NCBI GenBank assembly: GCA_003344405.1
Contig: NOWV01000019.1
Span: 496,001-560,000 of the forward strand
Direction: 5' to 3'
DNA from: Trichoplax sp. H2
Lineage: Eukaryota
Length of the DNA: 64,000 nt
Translations under genes and position numbers: made by a program
Shown: piece after piece, positions 38,801 to 51,200 of the stretch
Numbering within the stretch: position 1 is the first letter of the stretch
How the letters are laid out: each line of letters begins with the position of its first letter
The notes under the pieces: generated by a model
Databases searched by the model: none
Told to the model about the DNA's origin: nothing
What the model saw: only the letters and a program-made list of their open reading frames with translations

Positions 38801-40258
38801 TTAATCTATTATTGCATAATAATTTGCAATATTACAATTCCGAAAAGATGATACTAAAAATAACTAATCAATTATAAAAAACTCTTCACTTTAGATACCT
38901 CCTTTGGGAAAATCTTTCGAACTTCCTGTAAGTAAATAGATAGCGCTACTATAATTATAGACAATGTGTCTGCACTACTATGGGCATAGCTATGTCATCT
39001 GCACTACTATGTGTAACAACTATTCTCAAAATTATTATTAATAAATTACTTATTATAAAATTTCTTGACTTTAGGAACGCAGACGCGGAAAGTCTTTCGA
39101 ATTTCCTGTAAGTCTATAGATATCGATACTATAGCCTGCAATAATACTATTCTTAAAGGCAATACTATTAAACAGCTCCTTATAAAACTTCTTGACTTTA
39201 GGAACACAGACGCGGAAAGTCTTTCGAATTTCCTGTAAGTCTATAGATATCGATACTATAGTCTGCAATGATACTATTTTAAAGGCAATACTATTAAACG
39301 GCTCCTTATAAAACTTCTTGACTTTAGGAACACAGACGCGGAAAGTCTTTCGAACTTCCTGTAAGTCTATAGATATCGATACTATAGTCTGCAATGATAC
39401 TATTTTAAAGGCAATACTATTAAACGGCTCCTTATAAAACTTCTTGACTTTAGGAACGCAGACGCGGAAAGTCTTTCGAACTTCCTGTAAGTCTATAGAT
39501 ATCGATACTATAGTCTGCAATGATACTATTTTAAAGGCAATACTATTAAACAGCTCCTTATAAAATTTCTTGACTTTAGGAACGCAGACGCGGAAAGTCT
39601 TTCGAACTTCCTGTAAGTCTATAGATATCGATACTATAGTCTGCAATGATACTATTTTAAAGGCAATACTATTAAACGGCTCCTTATAAAACTTCTTGAC
39701 TTTAGGAACGCAGACGCGGAAAGTCTTTCGAACTTCCTGTAAGTCTATAGATATCGATACTATAGCCTGCAATAATACTATTCTTAAAGGCAATACTATT
39801 AAATGACTTCTTATAAAATTTCTTGACTTTAGGAACGCAGACGCGGAAAGTCTTTCGAATTTCCTGTACGTCTATAGATATCGATACTATAGCCTGCAAT
39901 AATACTATTTTAAAGGCAATACTATTAAACGGCTCCATATAAAATTTCTTGACTTTAGGAACACAGACGCGGAAAGTCTTTCGAATTTCCAGTACGTTAG
40001 TAGATATCGAAATATTGATCTGCGATAGTACTATTGTCAAAGCGATATTAGTTTATCAAAAATTATAAAAATTTTTGCAATATGAACAATTTTTTGTAAA
40101 TATTTCTATCGATACAATTATGGAATTTGTGTAGTTTTACTGTTGGCCATTAAATCCCTACAAAATCAAGTGATTGATATCCGCATTCTCAAATAATATT
40201 AGTGCAATACTAATTGTGATAAATTTCTATGTTTCAGGAACGCAGACGCTGGAAATAA
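35864..40258 (+). CDS. ELPE: Secreted neuropeptide precursor, ELPE type (GKSFELPE/GKSFEFPE repeats); 11 coding exons, about 171 aa
   Basis: Exon 35864-36061 encodes a signal peptide (MRSIILICLLFLFAAKVNS) and an acidic spacer. Nine phase-0 33-nt exons follow at 38895, 39075, 39202, 39328, 39454, 39580, 39706, 39833 and 39959, each flanked by ctttag and gtaagt/gtacgt. Terminal exon 40238-40258 encodes ERRRWK*. The name is recalled from the placozoan peptide GKSFELPE. Confidence 0.88.
39020..40020 (+). repeat. 126-127 bp tandem repeat, 8 copies; each unit is one microexon plus one intron
   Basis: Exon starts are spaced 127, 126, 126, 126, 126, 127 and 126 bp apart; intronic parts are nearly identical. 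Confidence 0.97.
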
Positions 40259-43200
40259 TTAAATTAGGTTAAATCTTCCGTATGTTACATAGGTAAGAAT
40301 TTTGTATTAATTAGCTAGCGTAGAATATAAACCGATATTCTTACAAATTTATTTACCAACTCCAAACATTTATAAATATCACACGAGTAATATCATCTGT
40401 GGAATATCATTACAGCAGACATATTTTAGATAAAGATTTCAAAATATTTGACAGTAATATTCTAACAATCCGAGCATTAAACCGCAAATATTATGATGTT
40501 TTATATTTCTACGACACCTCAGACTTATTTGTGAGAATTTTCTATAAACCATTGCGGTGTCAGGAATCGACGTAAATTAATTCCGATGAATAACAATTAT
40601 ATCTAATTATCTATCCAAATAGCAATTATCATAAATCAACACTATTTAATTGCGATAAGTAACAACTATATCTGCTCGTCTATTCAACTACTACAGCTGC
40701 CCATTATTAATCGTTATACAATACAGTTCAACAACACATACAACATTCTGCTTCATATTCGCGCACTTAGTCGATTTTTGATAGTAGACTGTTATCCTAA
40801 ATGCATTAGAAATGCCGGATAGCCATATTTGAAAACAAATCTAATGACTCACTAATAATGATAACTTCTTTACAAAAGGAAGGCCGAAGATGTAGCGCTA
40901 AGGAAAAAAAGAACTTTGATCTAATCTTCAATAATTTGAATAGTGTAGTATTAAGTCATTGTTAGTAAATATTAAACCACTCAACCATCTTAAACTTTAA
41001 TTAACGATACTGATCATATCTCAACGTGGGTGTGTAGCTTAGAAGTTTAAATTATGCTCCTCTAATTTGTACTGTAGTTTGAGTCCTTTACTAATTTTTT
41101 CTAATTAACGATAGCTAAATGTATTGTTCCAATTTGGTAATTTGTTTCGTGATGTATTAGCAAGGCGTGAAGGAGAAATAAAACAATAATATCATACAAG
41201 CTAGAAATCGATGTGAATAAAAATATCTATCTATTTTTCATTAAATAGCTAAGTTTAATACAAACATCATTAACTAAATCACTGTAGAATTACTTAGAAA
41301 TTGCTAAAGCAAGTTTATAAATTATCAAGTAATCAAGCTGGATTAATTTAGCACTGAAGAAATATGGATCTCATGGTATGTTTAAATTTTATTCAGAGAC
41401 ATATCAAAGACAACCAATTTCGTGGCAAAAATAGCCTTCTATTCTTAGATCAGTTACCATGTCATATCAATCTATAGTAAAACAGAAGCTATGGACGGCT
41501 ATATTTCAGTAGAATCTAGAAATGCAAAACCAAGTAATAGAATAAGTAGAAAGAATAAAGAAAATATATATTATAGGCCATAACAATATAGCGGAAAGTA
41601 TCTGAAAAATCGATTTGTAACGAACAACTGACGACAGAATAATTTAAATCAGTTCTAACGATGAAATCAAAATTTTGAAGTGAATATAATCGTATCACAG
41701 TATCAAGGCTGCAGTTATTACGAGTAATCGTCAGCTCTCGATATAATAAAAATTTTATTTAGTAGATCTTAAGTTAACATCAATAGTATTTATGTGAGAT
41801 CTTTCGAGTATCAATCAGTAAATGCCAATATTGATACCATTAACTGATAATAGAAAAGATGCCTTAGCCTTATCAAATACGTACAGGTAATACACGAAAT
41901 TTGTTTAAAATAGCTAATCTCAAAGCTAGTAATAGCTATGTTTTGGTAGCTATTGTCTTGTTTGCCTTTAGATAACTTAATTTACGATATTCAAGGGGGA
42001 AAATTAGCCCTTATTTTATCGATTTCTCTTGTTTTCACTTCCATTAGGGTTGGTTATAGGCAAGTTTAATTACGAGATAAGTGCAAGGACTAATTTGATA
42101 ATATACCCGTTTGAGAACGAAGTTCAGTAAATTTATGAAATAGTCGGTTTGCAAAATGCCCAGTCAATTCATGAAATACTTATTCAGTTCGCGAAAATGC
42201 GTACTTAATGACAAAGTTAGCTTTATATACTTGCCCATACTATAATAATTATTAACAAGTAAATCAGAGAATTGTTTTTCTTCATTGACTGCCAATTTAT
42301 TGCAATAATCTAAACGATCAAAAAATATACGAGCGTTATGACCGCTAAATCAGTGCAAGAATATTGCCAAGTAAATCAGAAAATGTATACTTTTTTTTGA
42401 TTAAATAATAATAACTGAGTGCCAAATTAATGCAGTAATTCGAATAATCAATAAATATGTAACTTTACAATTATTGAATTGAGAATGTTCTAATTATAAA
42501 ACTAATAATTGATTTTTACAAATTCTCTGATTAATATGACATTCACTGTTACAATTAACATTAGCCATAAAGCATTTGCATCAGTTAGTAAAACAAGATG
42601 TATGATAGTAGTAAATTAACATGAAGTATCGTGATTGGAATAAACAACTTACTGAATCATATAGCTGGCCATATATGGAAACATGAATAAATAAAGGAAC
42701 ACTAAATCGGATAAATATTTTTCTTTGACTCATTGTATAGTAGCTAAAATTTTATAGTAATACAGTACGATATAGATTGTTTTTGAAATCATAGTTATAT
42801 TTCATTGGTATAAATACTTAGTCGTTGTGCCAAGATTACTTACTTCTCTACTTTTTAACATGCAGAATCACCTCTTGCATAAAAGTTCTTCTAAACTGTC
42901 ACACATCACTAGTGATAAAGTAAGTCTAAACACGCCAAACCTGACGAAGAACGCCTCTCACTGACTTAAAGAGGCGAGATTAGCTTTATCACCAAATAGA
43001 TCAATTCCAACGACCAAATGCCATAATTATAGTGTCACTGATAGTGTAGACGAGGCAGTCAGATAATGACTACTGTTTATTACTCAAGAAATCATGATAA
43101 CCAAGATTATAGTCTAGATAGTTCGATAGCAATTGACAAACTAGTTGACTAACTAACTAAAAATTATTATCTGTTTTTTCGCACATCAATACTCTTAATC

Positions 43201-44770
43201 TGCCTTGGCTAACGTAGGTCTATCTACGGAATTAGCCAATCTCAATGGACCTACAATACCTCATATATGTACATTGTATGCTTGATGTGTGGCTAAAAAA
43301 AGCCTCAAGTCCGCATAATTATTTTAGAATTTAACACGCGTTTTGATTGCAACTAATATGTGTTTAATCTAGTGAACATCTTTTAGTCTAAAGAAATTTT
43401 AAAATCAATAGTCAGGTTGACTTACCTTATAGCTATATCTTAAGCAGACATTGCTTAAGCTTTTCGTCATCTATAAGGAGTGACAAAATATCCATTTTGT
43501 CATGATGGAGATTTAGATTGGATATTTCTTTAACAGCTTGCAATGAAAACGGTATTACACGATAACAAGCATATCAATCTTGATTCAAAATTTGCTTCTA
43601 TTTCTTGTATCGTAGTATATAACGTATGCGAAATTCTACAACCATCTACCGATTTCAAAAGACTTAACCAGACCTATAATAAAGCTGCTGATTTCTTTGC
43701 ACTGAAACTGTAGTAGAAAGTAGTAAGTTGACATTATAATCATACTGAATTTTTTGTATAACTGTGATAGTAGCAAATTACTATGACCGTTGATGAGCCT
43801 GAAATTTCAACGCGCAGTTTAAAATTTCTAAATATTCTATTTTATTGGTCTTTAGCTTGACTACGTAACAAATATAAAAATAAATAAATCAATTTTCTAT
43901 CAATCATTTTAGAAATGGCAAAATGGAATAAATATCAAGCTTAATCGTTGCTGTCATTTCGGTACGTTTATCATTTTTAGTCAAAAAGTTTTGTATCTAC
44001 AAGCTGGGATTACGACTCTAACGCGCCAAAAAACGGAGTCTACTCCACATTTGCTGGGTTAACAGAACAAATAGAAAAAATTTGCATTCCTAGAAATACT
44101 TCTAGTACTATTATGAAATTGAAATCCTACTCAAGCGAAAGCGTAGGTACTTTCTCTGTTTCCAGGACTTACCGCAAGCTACCGTGCTCTTATAGTTTTA
44201 AATTTCTGCCCATTCTGAAACTAGTTCCTAATTCTAAGCTAGGTGGGATAAAGGTATTTACGCCTGATTATCCTTGCTTTAACTGTCTTGTTCTATAAAA
44301 TAGATCATATTTCAAGTCTATATATAATTCAAATATGAAAATCCTATCAAGGATAGAAAAACTGTACAATTTGATAGTGTATTATGATATTGAAATTTCA
44401 ATTATTCATGCAAGCTCTATCTAATGATCATATTACAATCATGACAAGTAAAGCATAAACCTGCTTCGACTGCTTAAGATTACCAAGTCTATCTAGCCGA
44501 CTGAAGTAACTCGTGGTTAAAACTAAATTTCTTAATATATATATTATCCAGCAGACGTAATATGACTTAAATTAAAGTAATATAACAATGAACCGTGATT
44601 ACTTTAAATTACGCCCAACGTTGATGCGCAGAATTCTTGCCCTATTTGCAATGGCCATTATAATGATGTAATTTTGAGTGATTGTAGCATCGAATCTCGC
44701 CATTTTATAAAGTAACGGAAACATAGATACTTTGATGGTATTGACAGATAGTCATGAGTCAACTCAACAA

Positions 44771-45140
44771 AAGATTTATTTATTTACTTCCATTTTAGTA
44801 GCAGAAAAATCAACATTGTGATTTGACCTGTGCCTAACAAGCCATAGGGAGCAGATGATGTTAATTTACGGGTTGGTTTTAAGATTATCAATGTGTTTCA
44901 CTGATTTCGTTGATAGAATTAAAATAGTAGTCGAAATTCTTTGACTTACGTTTTACAGATAATAATTAGCCAAATCAATGAAAGATTTATTCATTCAGAT
45001 CCTTTTAGGGAGAAGAAAATTCAGTATCGTGATTTAGCTTTGTGTCTACGAAAACCATGGGGAGAAGAAATGTTGATTTACAGATTGGCTTAACATTATC
45101 GGTGTATTAGGCTGATTTGGCTGATAGTATCAAAGTAGAA
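44771..45140. repeat. Diverged direct duplication, two copies about 210 bp apart
   Basis: aaagatttatt...ccat(a/g)gggag..ga..tgtt.atttac...ctgattt...gatag starting at 44771 and 44981. Confidence 0.7.
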
Positions 45141-46699
45141 ACATCGCTACAGCTAAATAAATAAACAAATACGGATAGCAAATGATCACTCGATGCAGTT
45201 AGTCATACACCTAGATAACTTCTGCCTCGTTTATTGTTACCAAGACATCGAATTTTTGATGTAACGGAGAGATTTTAGTATAGCGTCTACGTGATTCAAT
45301 GTAATACGAATCGATGGTATCTCGTGATTGATAAGGTAGAAATGGATGATGTAAATGTTGCCCTTCAAAAACTATTCTTGACGACAAAATGTCATTCTTG
45401 AAAATAAATAAATGAATGATCACTAATTCTGCTTGATGTCTTCTTAGCAAATAGCTGAAGTTATGTTAATCTATCGCTAATACTTAATAACTAGCTCAGA
45501 TATACGCATGCAACATCTTTAGCTAAATCCTGAAACAGGAGAGAAAATTTTAAATTGAAATGGCTTATCACCATATCTTTATATCGGTTGATATTTTTAA
45601 GTGATTATATCTCGAATTTTAAAGCAACTATTCCGTATCTGTGTGTCTAGGTGATATGGAAGAAAATTCATTTCCTCAAAGTTTTACCGCACCAAACTAT
45701 AAACTATTCCTTTGCCTTTAGTATCAGTAACGTCTTTAAACATCTTTTCATGATTTTACTCGTATTTTTTTGCCTTGCTATCAACAGAATAAATATTCAT
45801 TTCTGCAAACTACATCAAGCAGAGTGGAATACTATCGTATGATCATACGATTGATCAATTATTAAATAAACATCTACGGTCAATTATGACGTTATAAAGA
45901 CGTTATGACGTCGTTATAAACTATAATGTTAATATGGTAGTCACTGGATGGAACTGTATCAGGTTTATAAGTATGTTATGGTGGAATTACTTGTATTAAT
46001 CATCTATTACTCCCATTCTACGTATGTCATACATTACTGCAATAACAAATGTTAACATACCGAAACGAATTCTAGTTATTCTAAAGTAATCATACAATAC
46101 CAAGGAAATTTTATTTCTGCCCGGATTAAGAGCCTGAATTAAAATGATTGTTTTCTTCTTGGTAGAGGATTGATCTTAATGAGGCCATACTATCGTCACT
46201 GCGAAAATGACTCAATGCTATCAGTAAGTAACTGGATCAAAACTGTAGTAGATTGCAGATCTACTCTCGTTAAGAAGTTGAAATGAACTTTATCCGGGAA
46301 ATACGCTATCATGACAGGGTGTCCAATCATTTAAACGACCGTCATGAGTCCGAAAAGGATAGCAAAGGTTGATAATTAATTTGCACTGAAAGACACTCTC
46401 AAATTGTGTCTTATGAATTAATGTAGTTAAGATATATAAAATGAACTTTACACCTTGGATGTTGACGAACGGTAGGTACATATAAGAGCCCGGTGGTCAT
46501 TGACATTAATCGATAGGAATGCTCCCAAACTAAAGACCACCATTAGTAGAATAGAAAAGCTGCGGTCAACAATTGATCCTATAGCTATCACACTATGATT
46601 TTATTAATATATCATAATCGGATATTGGAACATGGTCATCCGATTTTCTGAGCAGGAAATGTTACCTTTCATGTACGAGTATAGCAGGTTTACATTCAA

Positions 46700-47310
46700 C
46701 TTTACACTAAGTCAGTGGACCCTAATTGTAATCTTCTTCGTAAGATAAAACTATAAACTCTTGGGCTTTTAGTTTTACTGCCATAAATAGCGTGAATTGT
46801 AAGTTCACCCTATATGACAAAGTTAGTAAACCCCAATTTTAATCCTCACCTCCGTAAGATCAAACTATCAACTCAGACTTCAGACTTGCTACGATCATAA
46901 GTTCAGCATTTCATGCTTACCAGTAGTTAGAAGACCATAATTCTAATCCTCGCCTCCGTAAGATAAAACTATAAACTCTTTGACTTCAAACTTGCTACCA
47001 TGATAAGTTCAGCCTTTAGCGCTAAGTCAGAGGACCTTAATTTTAATCTTTGCGTCCGTAAGATAAAACTATAAACACTTCGACTTCAATCTTACTACCA
47101 TTATAACTTCATCACTTAGGGCTAAATTAATGGACCCTAATTTTAATCCTCGCCTCTATACGATAAAACTATAAACTCTTTGATTTCAGTATAAGTGCCA
47201 TCACAACTTCACCCCTAAGCCTTCAGTTAAACCTAATTTTAAGCCTCGCTTTCGTCAGCTAAAATTATAAACCCTTGGACTTTAGCAGTACAGCCGTTAC
47301 AAGTTCATCA
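46700..47310. repeat. Degenerate approximately 100-bp tandem repeat, about 6 copies
   Basis: Recurrent ccctaattttaatcctcgcctccgtaagataaaactataaactct core near 46741, 46855, 46958, 47058, 47159 and 47255. Confidence 0.85.
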
Positions 47311-48211
47311 TTCAGCAAATAAAATAAATACTACAGTAAGGCTTCAAAAGATAAAAATAATTGCAGACGATAGAATATAAAATTCCTTTTATCCATGGAA
47401 GGTGTTACTAACTAAACAAGCGATTAAAAGGAGTTGTGGCAACAAGAACGCGTGCCACATCACCCTATCCTAATACTATACGTTGCATGGCCAACCCTTT
47501 TCTTCGACACCAAATGATCCCTTCCATTTGAATACAGTACAGTAAATCGAATGATTTAAATTTCTGTGCACAATGTTTCTGTTTACCTTGAGTAATAGAG
47601 ATATGACAATCACGAATAATCAACGACCGTTGCCATATCCAGTTCAAAGATATTACCCTTACTCGCAACCAAGCAGGGAAATGTTGCTGTCATGACTGTA
47701 TAAGCTGTTAGATTGAATTAGAGAAGTATAATTATTGATCCAATTCTGCATCCACGTCGTTTAAGGGATAATAGAATACAAAAGAAGAATCTATTTTCTA
47801 TTCATCCATATTAATGGCCTCCTATCTTGACGTGAAGAACCAATCGAATGTTATTGATGTTTTCTCGTCTTGTTTTCATTAACGCAGTTGCTGAGCTCTA
47901 TGTTTAATTACGCAACCTCAGATTGGACTTTGATATTGTATTTAAAATATACAGTCGTTAAATTATTGTCTTCAATCAAGTGTGGGAAGTCCAAGTGTAC
48001 TATGTTGGCAAAAAGAATGGATAGATGCAATTTTTAATTGGTAGGTTAGACTTTCATTGTCATTATCGACTTGATAAAAGTTAGTTTAATCGTTGTAAAA
48101 TATCTTTTGAATGATACTCTTCCTTCAGGCTAATTGAAAAAGGGAAAGGGAAGAATCGCGTTGAATGGTAAAGTTAGAGTAGAATTGAAGACTGGCTCAC
48201 TGTTGCAAAAA

Positions 48212-51200
48212 ATGGCAATATTACCGGATAACATTAATGTCGATAGTGTACTGGATGAAATTGTACAGTCGATGAAGAATGTACATCAATTGGATAAAAC
48301 GAAACAGTTAGTTTATCAATTAGATAGTAAATCGATCATCGATAAGATAATTGATCCTTTATCTGTGGCCACAAAAATCATTCAAATTGTTCAAAATCAT
48401 TATCAGACGATTGGATTTGAATGGCTATATCCATTACTTCAGTTTGCTCGAGAGAACGTTATTTTTTCAAATTTGAATGACATCATTGGCCAAGAAAATC
48501 AACAACGAATCCTCTCTACAATTGGCTGTGTTGAAAATTTGAAAGAGAAAATGCTCAAATTAATTAAGGACTGGAATGAGACAGAAAGTTACAAAATGAC
48601 GGATAATCTTCCACCCTATCCAATTTATGCTGAATTAGATATCCTATATCAACTCTTGCATGCTATATTAAATCAAGATCCAACGGGTCTTTTCCAAAAA
48701 ATACATAATGTATACAATAAGTGCTTTGATATTATTGAATCTGTTTTGATTTATGATTGCCAACGATTAATTGCTTTGGTTCAGGAATTAAAAGCTTGGA
48801 TAACTACCGATCTATCTTATGTCAGCCATTATATCTATTTAGACATTATGAATAAAATTATCGGCTGCAGCTATTGCAGTTTTAATCAAAGAGAATTTAC
48901 CTATTCTGGTGGTCAAATTTATTACCTAGATGGCTCTGTTTTTGTCATGGAACCGTATTACTCGATCTGGAATGTTGTTCAGAAGACTACAAGTTGGAAA
49001 TCATCCACTTTCCAATCCAATATTATTCTACAGAAAGGAATAACCGATACCATTAAAATATTTCAATCCATCAAATTACCCATTAAAATTAAAGACCAAA
49101 TTAAAGTCGATTTAGCCAACATGATGAGTCAGTTGAGTCATCCCTATCTCGACTATTTAATATGGTATCATCGGCAGCCACTAGCAGAAATAGTTCACGA
49201 TGATTTATTAGCCAAGCTAACACTACTGGAGTTATCCCCTAAATATTCAGGGATGGCAGTTCAATTATCTGAACTCGAATTCATTCCACTTTTAACTCAA
49301 CTACCAACCATCATCAATTTACCTTCATCAAAAGAAACTTTAATACAACGCCATCATTACTTCAATCAAATCTATCACGAGATGGACGTGCAAGGTCATC
49401 ATTCAATGGTCTTGTCTGGTCTAGCTGGGGTTGGGAAATCATCATTAGCTCTTCATTATGCTCGATCACATACAATCCATTACAATTGCATACATTGGTT
49501 TCATGCCGAGACAGAATTATCCTTGCAACATGATTTCATAAAATTAGCCAAGGCAATCCTGAGAAATAAACAACGATTCCATTTAGAAAAAAAACCCCAA
49601 TTGGATTCCATTCGCGATTGTTTAGATCAATTTACGGAGAATTCTGAATTGCTACAGTCCGTTGGCGATAATAATATTATTATTGCATCACAATTAAAAA
49701 CTTGTGATGAACAACGGATTGATCTGATCAATAAGCTTGTCCAGGCTACCTTGGATTTTATACTTGGCCACTATTGCTTTTTACTGATTTATGATAATGC
49801 TGACCAAGAAGAAATCGTCCGACGCTATATGCCTCAAAGACAAGGTCACGGTCTTGTACTGCTGACATCTCGGTATGCTAACTGGGGCGATGTGGAAAAG
49901 ATTAACATTGATTTATTCCAACGCCAAGAATCCATTGATTATTTGCTACAACGAACCAATTCAGAGGATAAAGAATCTGCTGATTTAGTTGCCAATCGAA
50001 TTTGTGATTTACCTTTAGCCTTGTCGCAAGCTGTCGCTTATATTCAACGTACTGGTATTTCACTAAGTGGATATCATGCACGATTAATGGCAGAAGAAAA
50101 TGATATTGCTCAAGATAGTTACTCATCTGCATATTATAAAAAATATCAGCAAGTCGACTCTGGACAAATTAAATTAAGCCAACAACTGACGCCGTTGACA
50201 ACATGGTCCTCTACCTTTTCTCAATTAGTTACTAATAATCCCTCTATTCAATCCATGTTTATGCTAATTGCTTATATTCAAGTAGACCAGTTAACAGATA
50301 ACTTATTATTCGAATTTTGCCAACTACAAGATCCCAACACAAAAAGAGAAGATTATAACAATGCCATCTGTGGCTTAAATCATTATCATGTTTTACATGG
50401 CTGCCCAGAGGGTAGTTTACCTAGCTATAAAACGAATAAATTAATCCAAATGGCTATACGCAATCATATCTTGGAAATTGTTTCAACTCAGTTAGGACAT
50501 TCATTAGGCGATTGGATATACGTCCAAGATATAATCTTATGCCGAATTTTAGTCTATTTTGTTGATAAGCTAAGTCATGATGAATGGATCGAATCCGATG
50601 ACCAGACTGTTGGCCAAAGTTTAAACTTAATTTATCATGCTGATCAACTTCGGCAACATTTATTAAATAGCGAATTACTATCCCATCAACGCTTGATGTT
50701 AGAAGAAAAAATGACTAAAATGTACACGACAATCACCAATCCATTATCTCAACTGGAGATGAATATTATGGCCAAGATTGAAACTTTTAAAATGGCGCGT
50801 AAGTACTTCTATTCGTGTTTGTGCATCCACATTTTTCGTTACTTTCAAAAATTTCGGTTGTAAATCATTTTATTTTCGCCTCTATACTCGTTGTTGATTC
50901 ATGCCTCATGCATACTACCTTGGTGTTTTATTCCCCCCTCCATACTCATCATTGATTTATGCCCTATACATATTATCTTGACTTACCGGAAACCAACAGC
51001 AGAGTATTTAAATGTTTACTTTTAATACTGATTATTTTCAACATGATCGTAGTCGGGTTTTTTTTATCAGATCTTGCTACCTAGCATTCGTATAAGTAAC
51101 ATTTTACGAATAGTTTACGGCAGGATAATTAAATCAATTAGCATATTTACATATTGCATATCACAGAATGAGTAACAATTCCCTAGTTTATGTTCATTAC

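Noticed and set aside
36062-38894. Additional peptide exons in the large neuropeptide intron
   Set aside because: I found no further GKSFE-like or convincingly flanked exon, only a weak diverged duplication near 36500 and 37100; small exons cannot be fully excluded.
39071-40040. Minus-strand repetitive ORFs (240 aa and 112 aa), and a CRISPR-like reading of the array
   Set aside because: The ORFs are by-products of a 126-bp (multiple of 3) period and break at the 127-bp units. There are no unique spacers or cas genes, and plus-strand splice signals explain the array.
40300-46600. Genes, tRNAs or intact transposons in the long AT-rich stretch
   Set aside because: Only short ORFs without motifs and weak local duplications; nothing supportable.
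48134-48211. TTG start of the 909-aa ORF
   Set aside because: In a eukaryotic gene the first in-frame ATG (48212) is more plausible, and the ORF end past 50798 is intron read-through.
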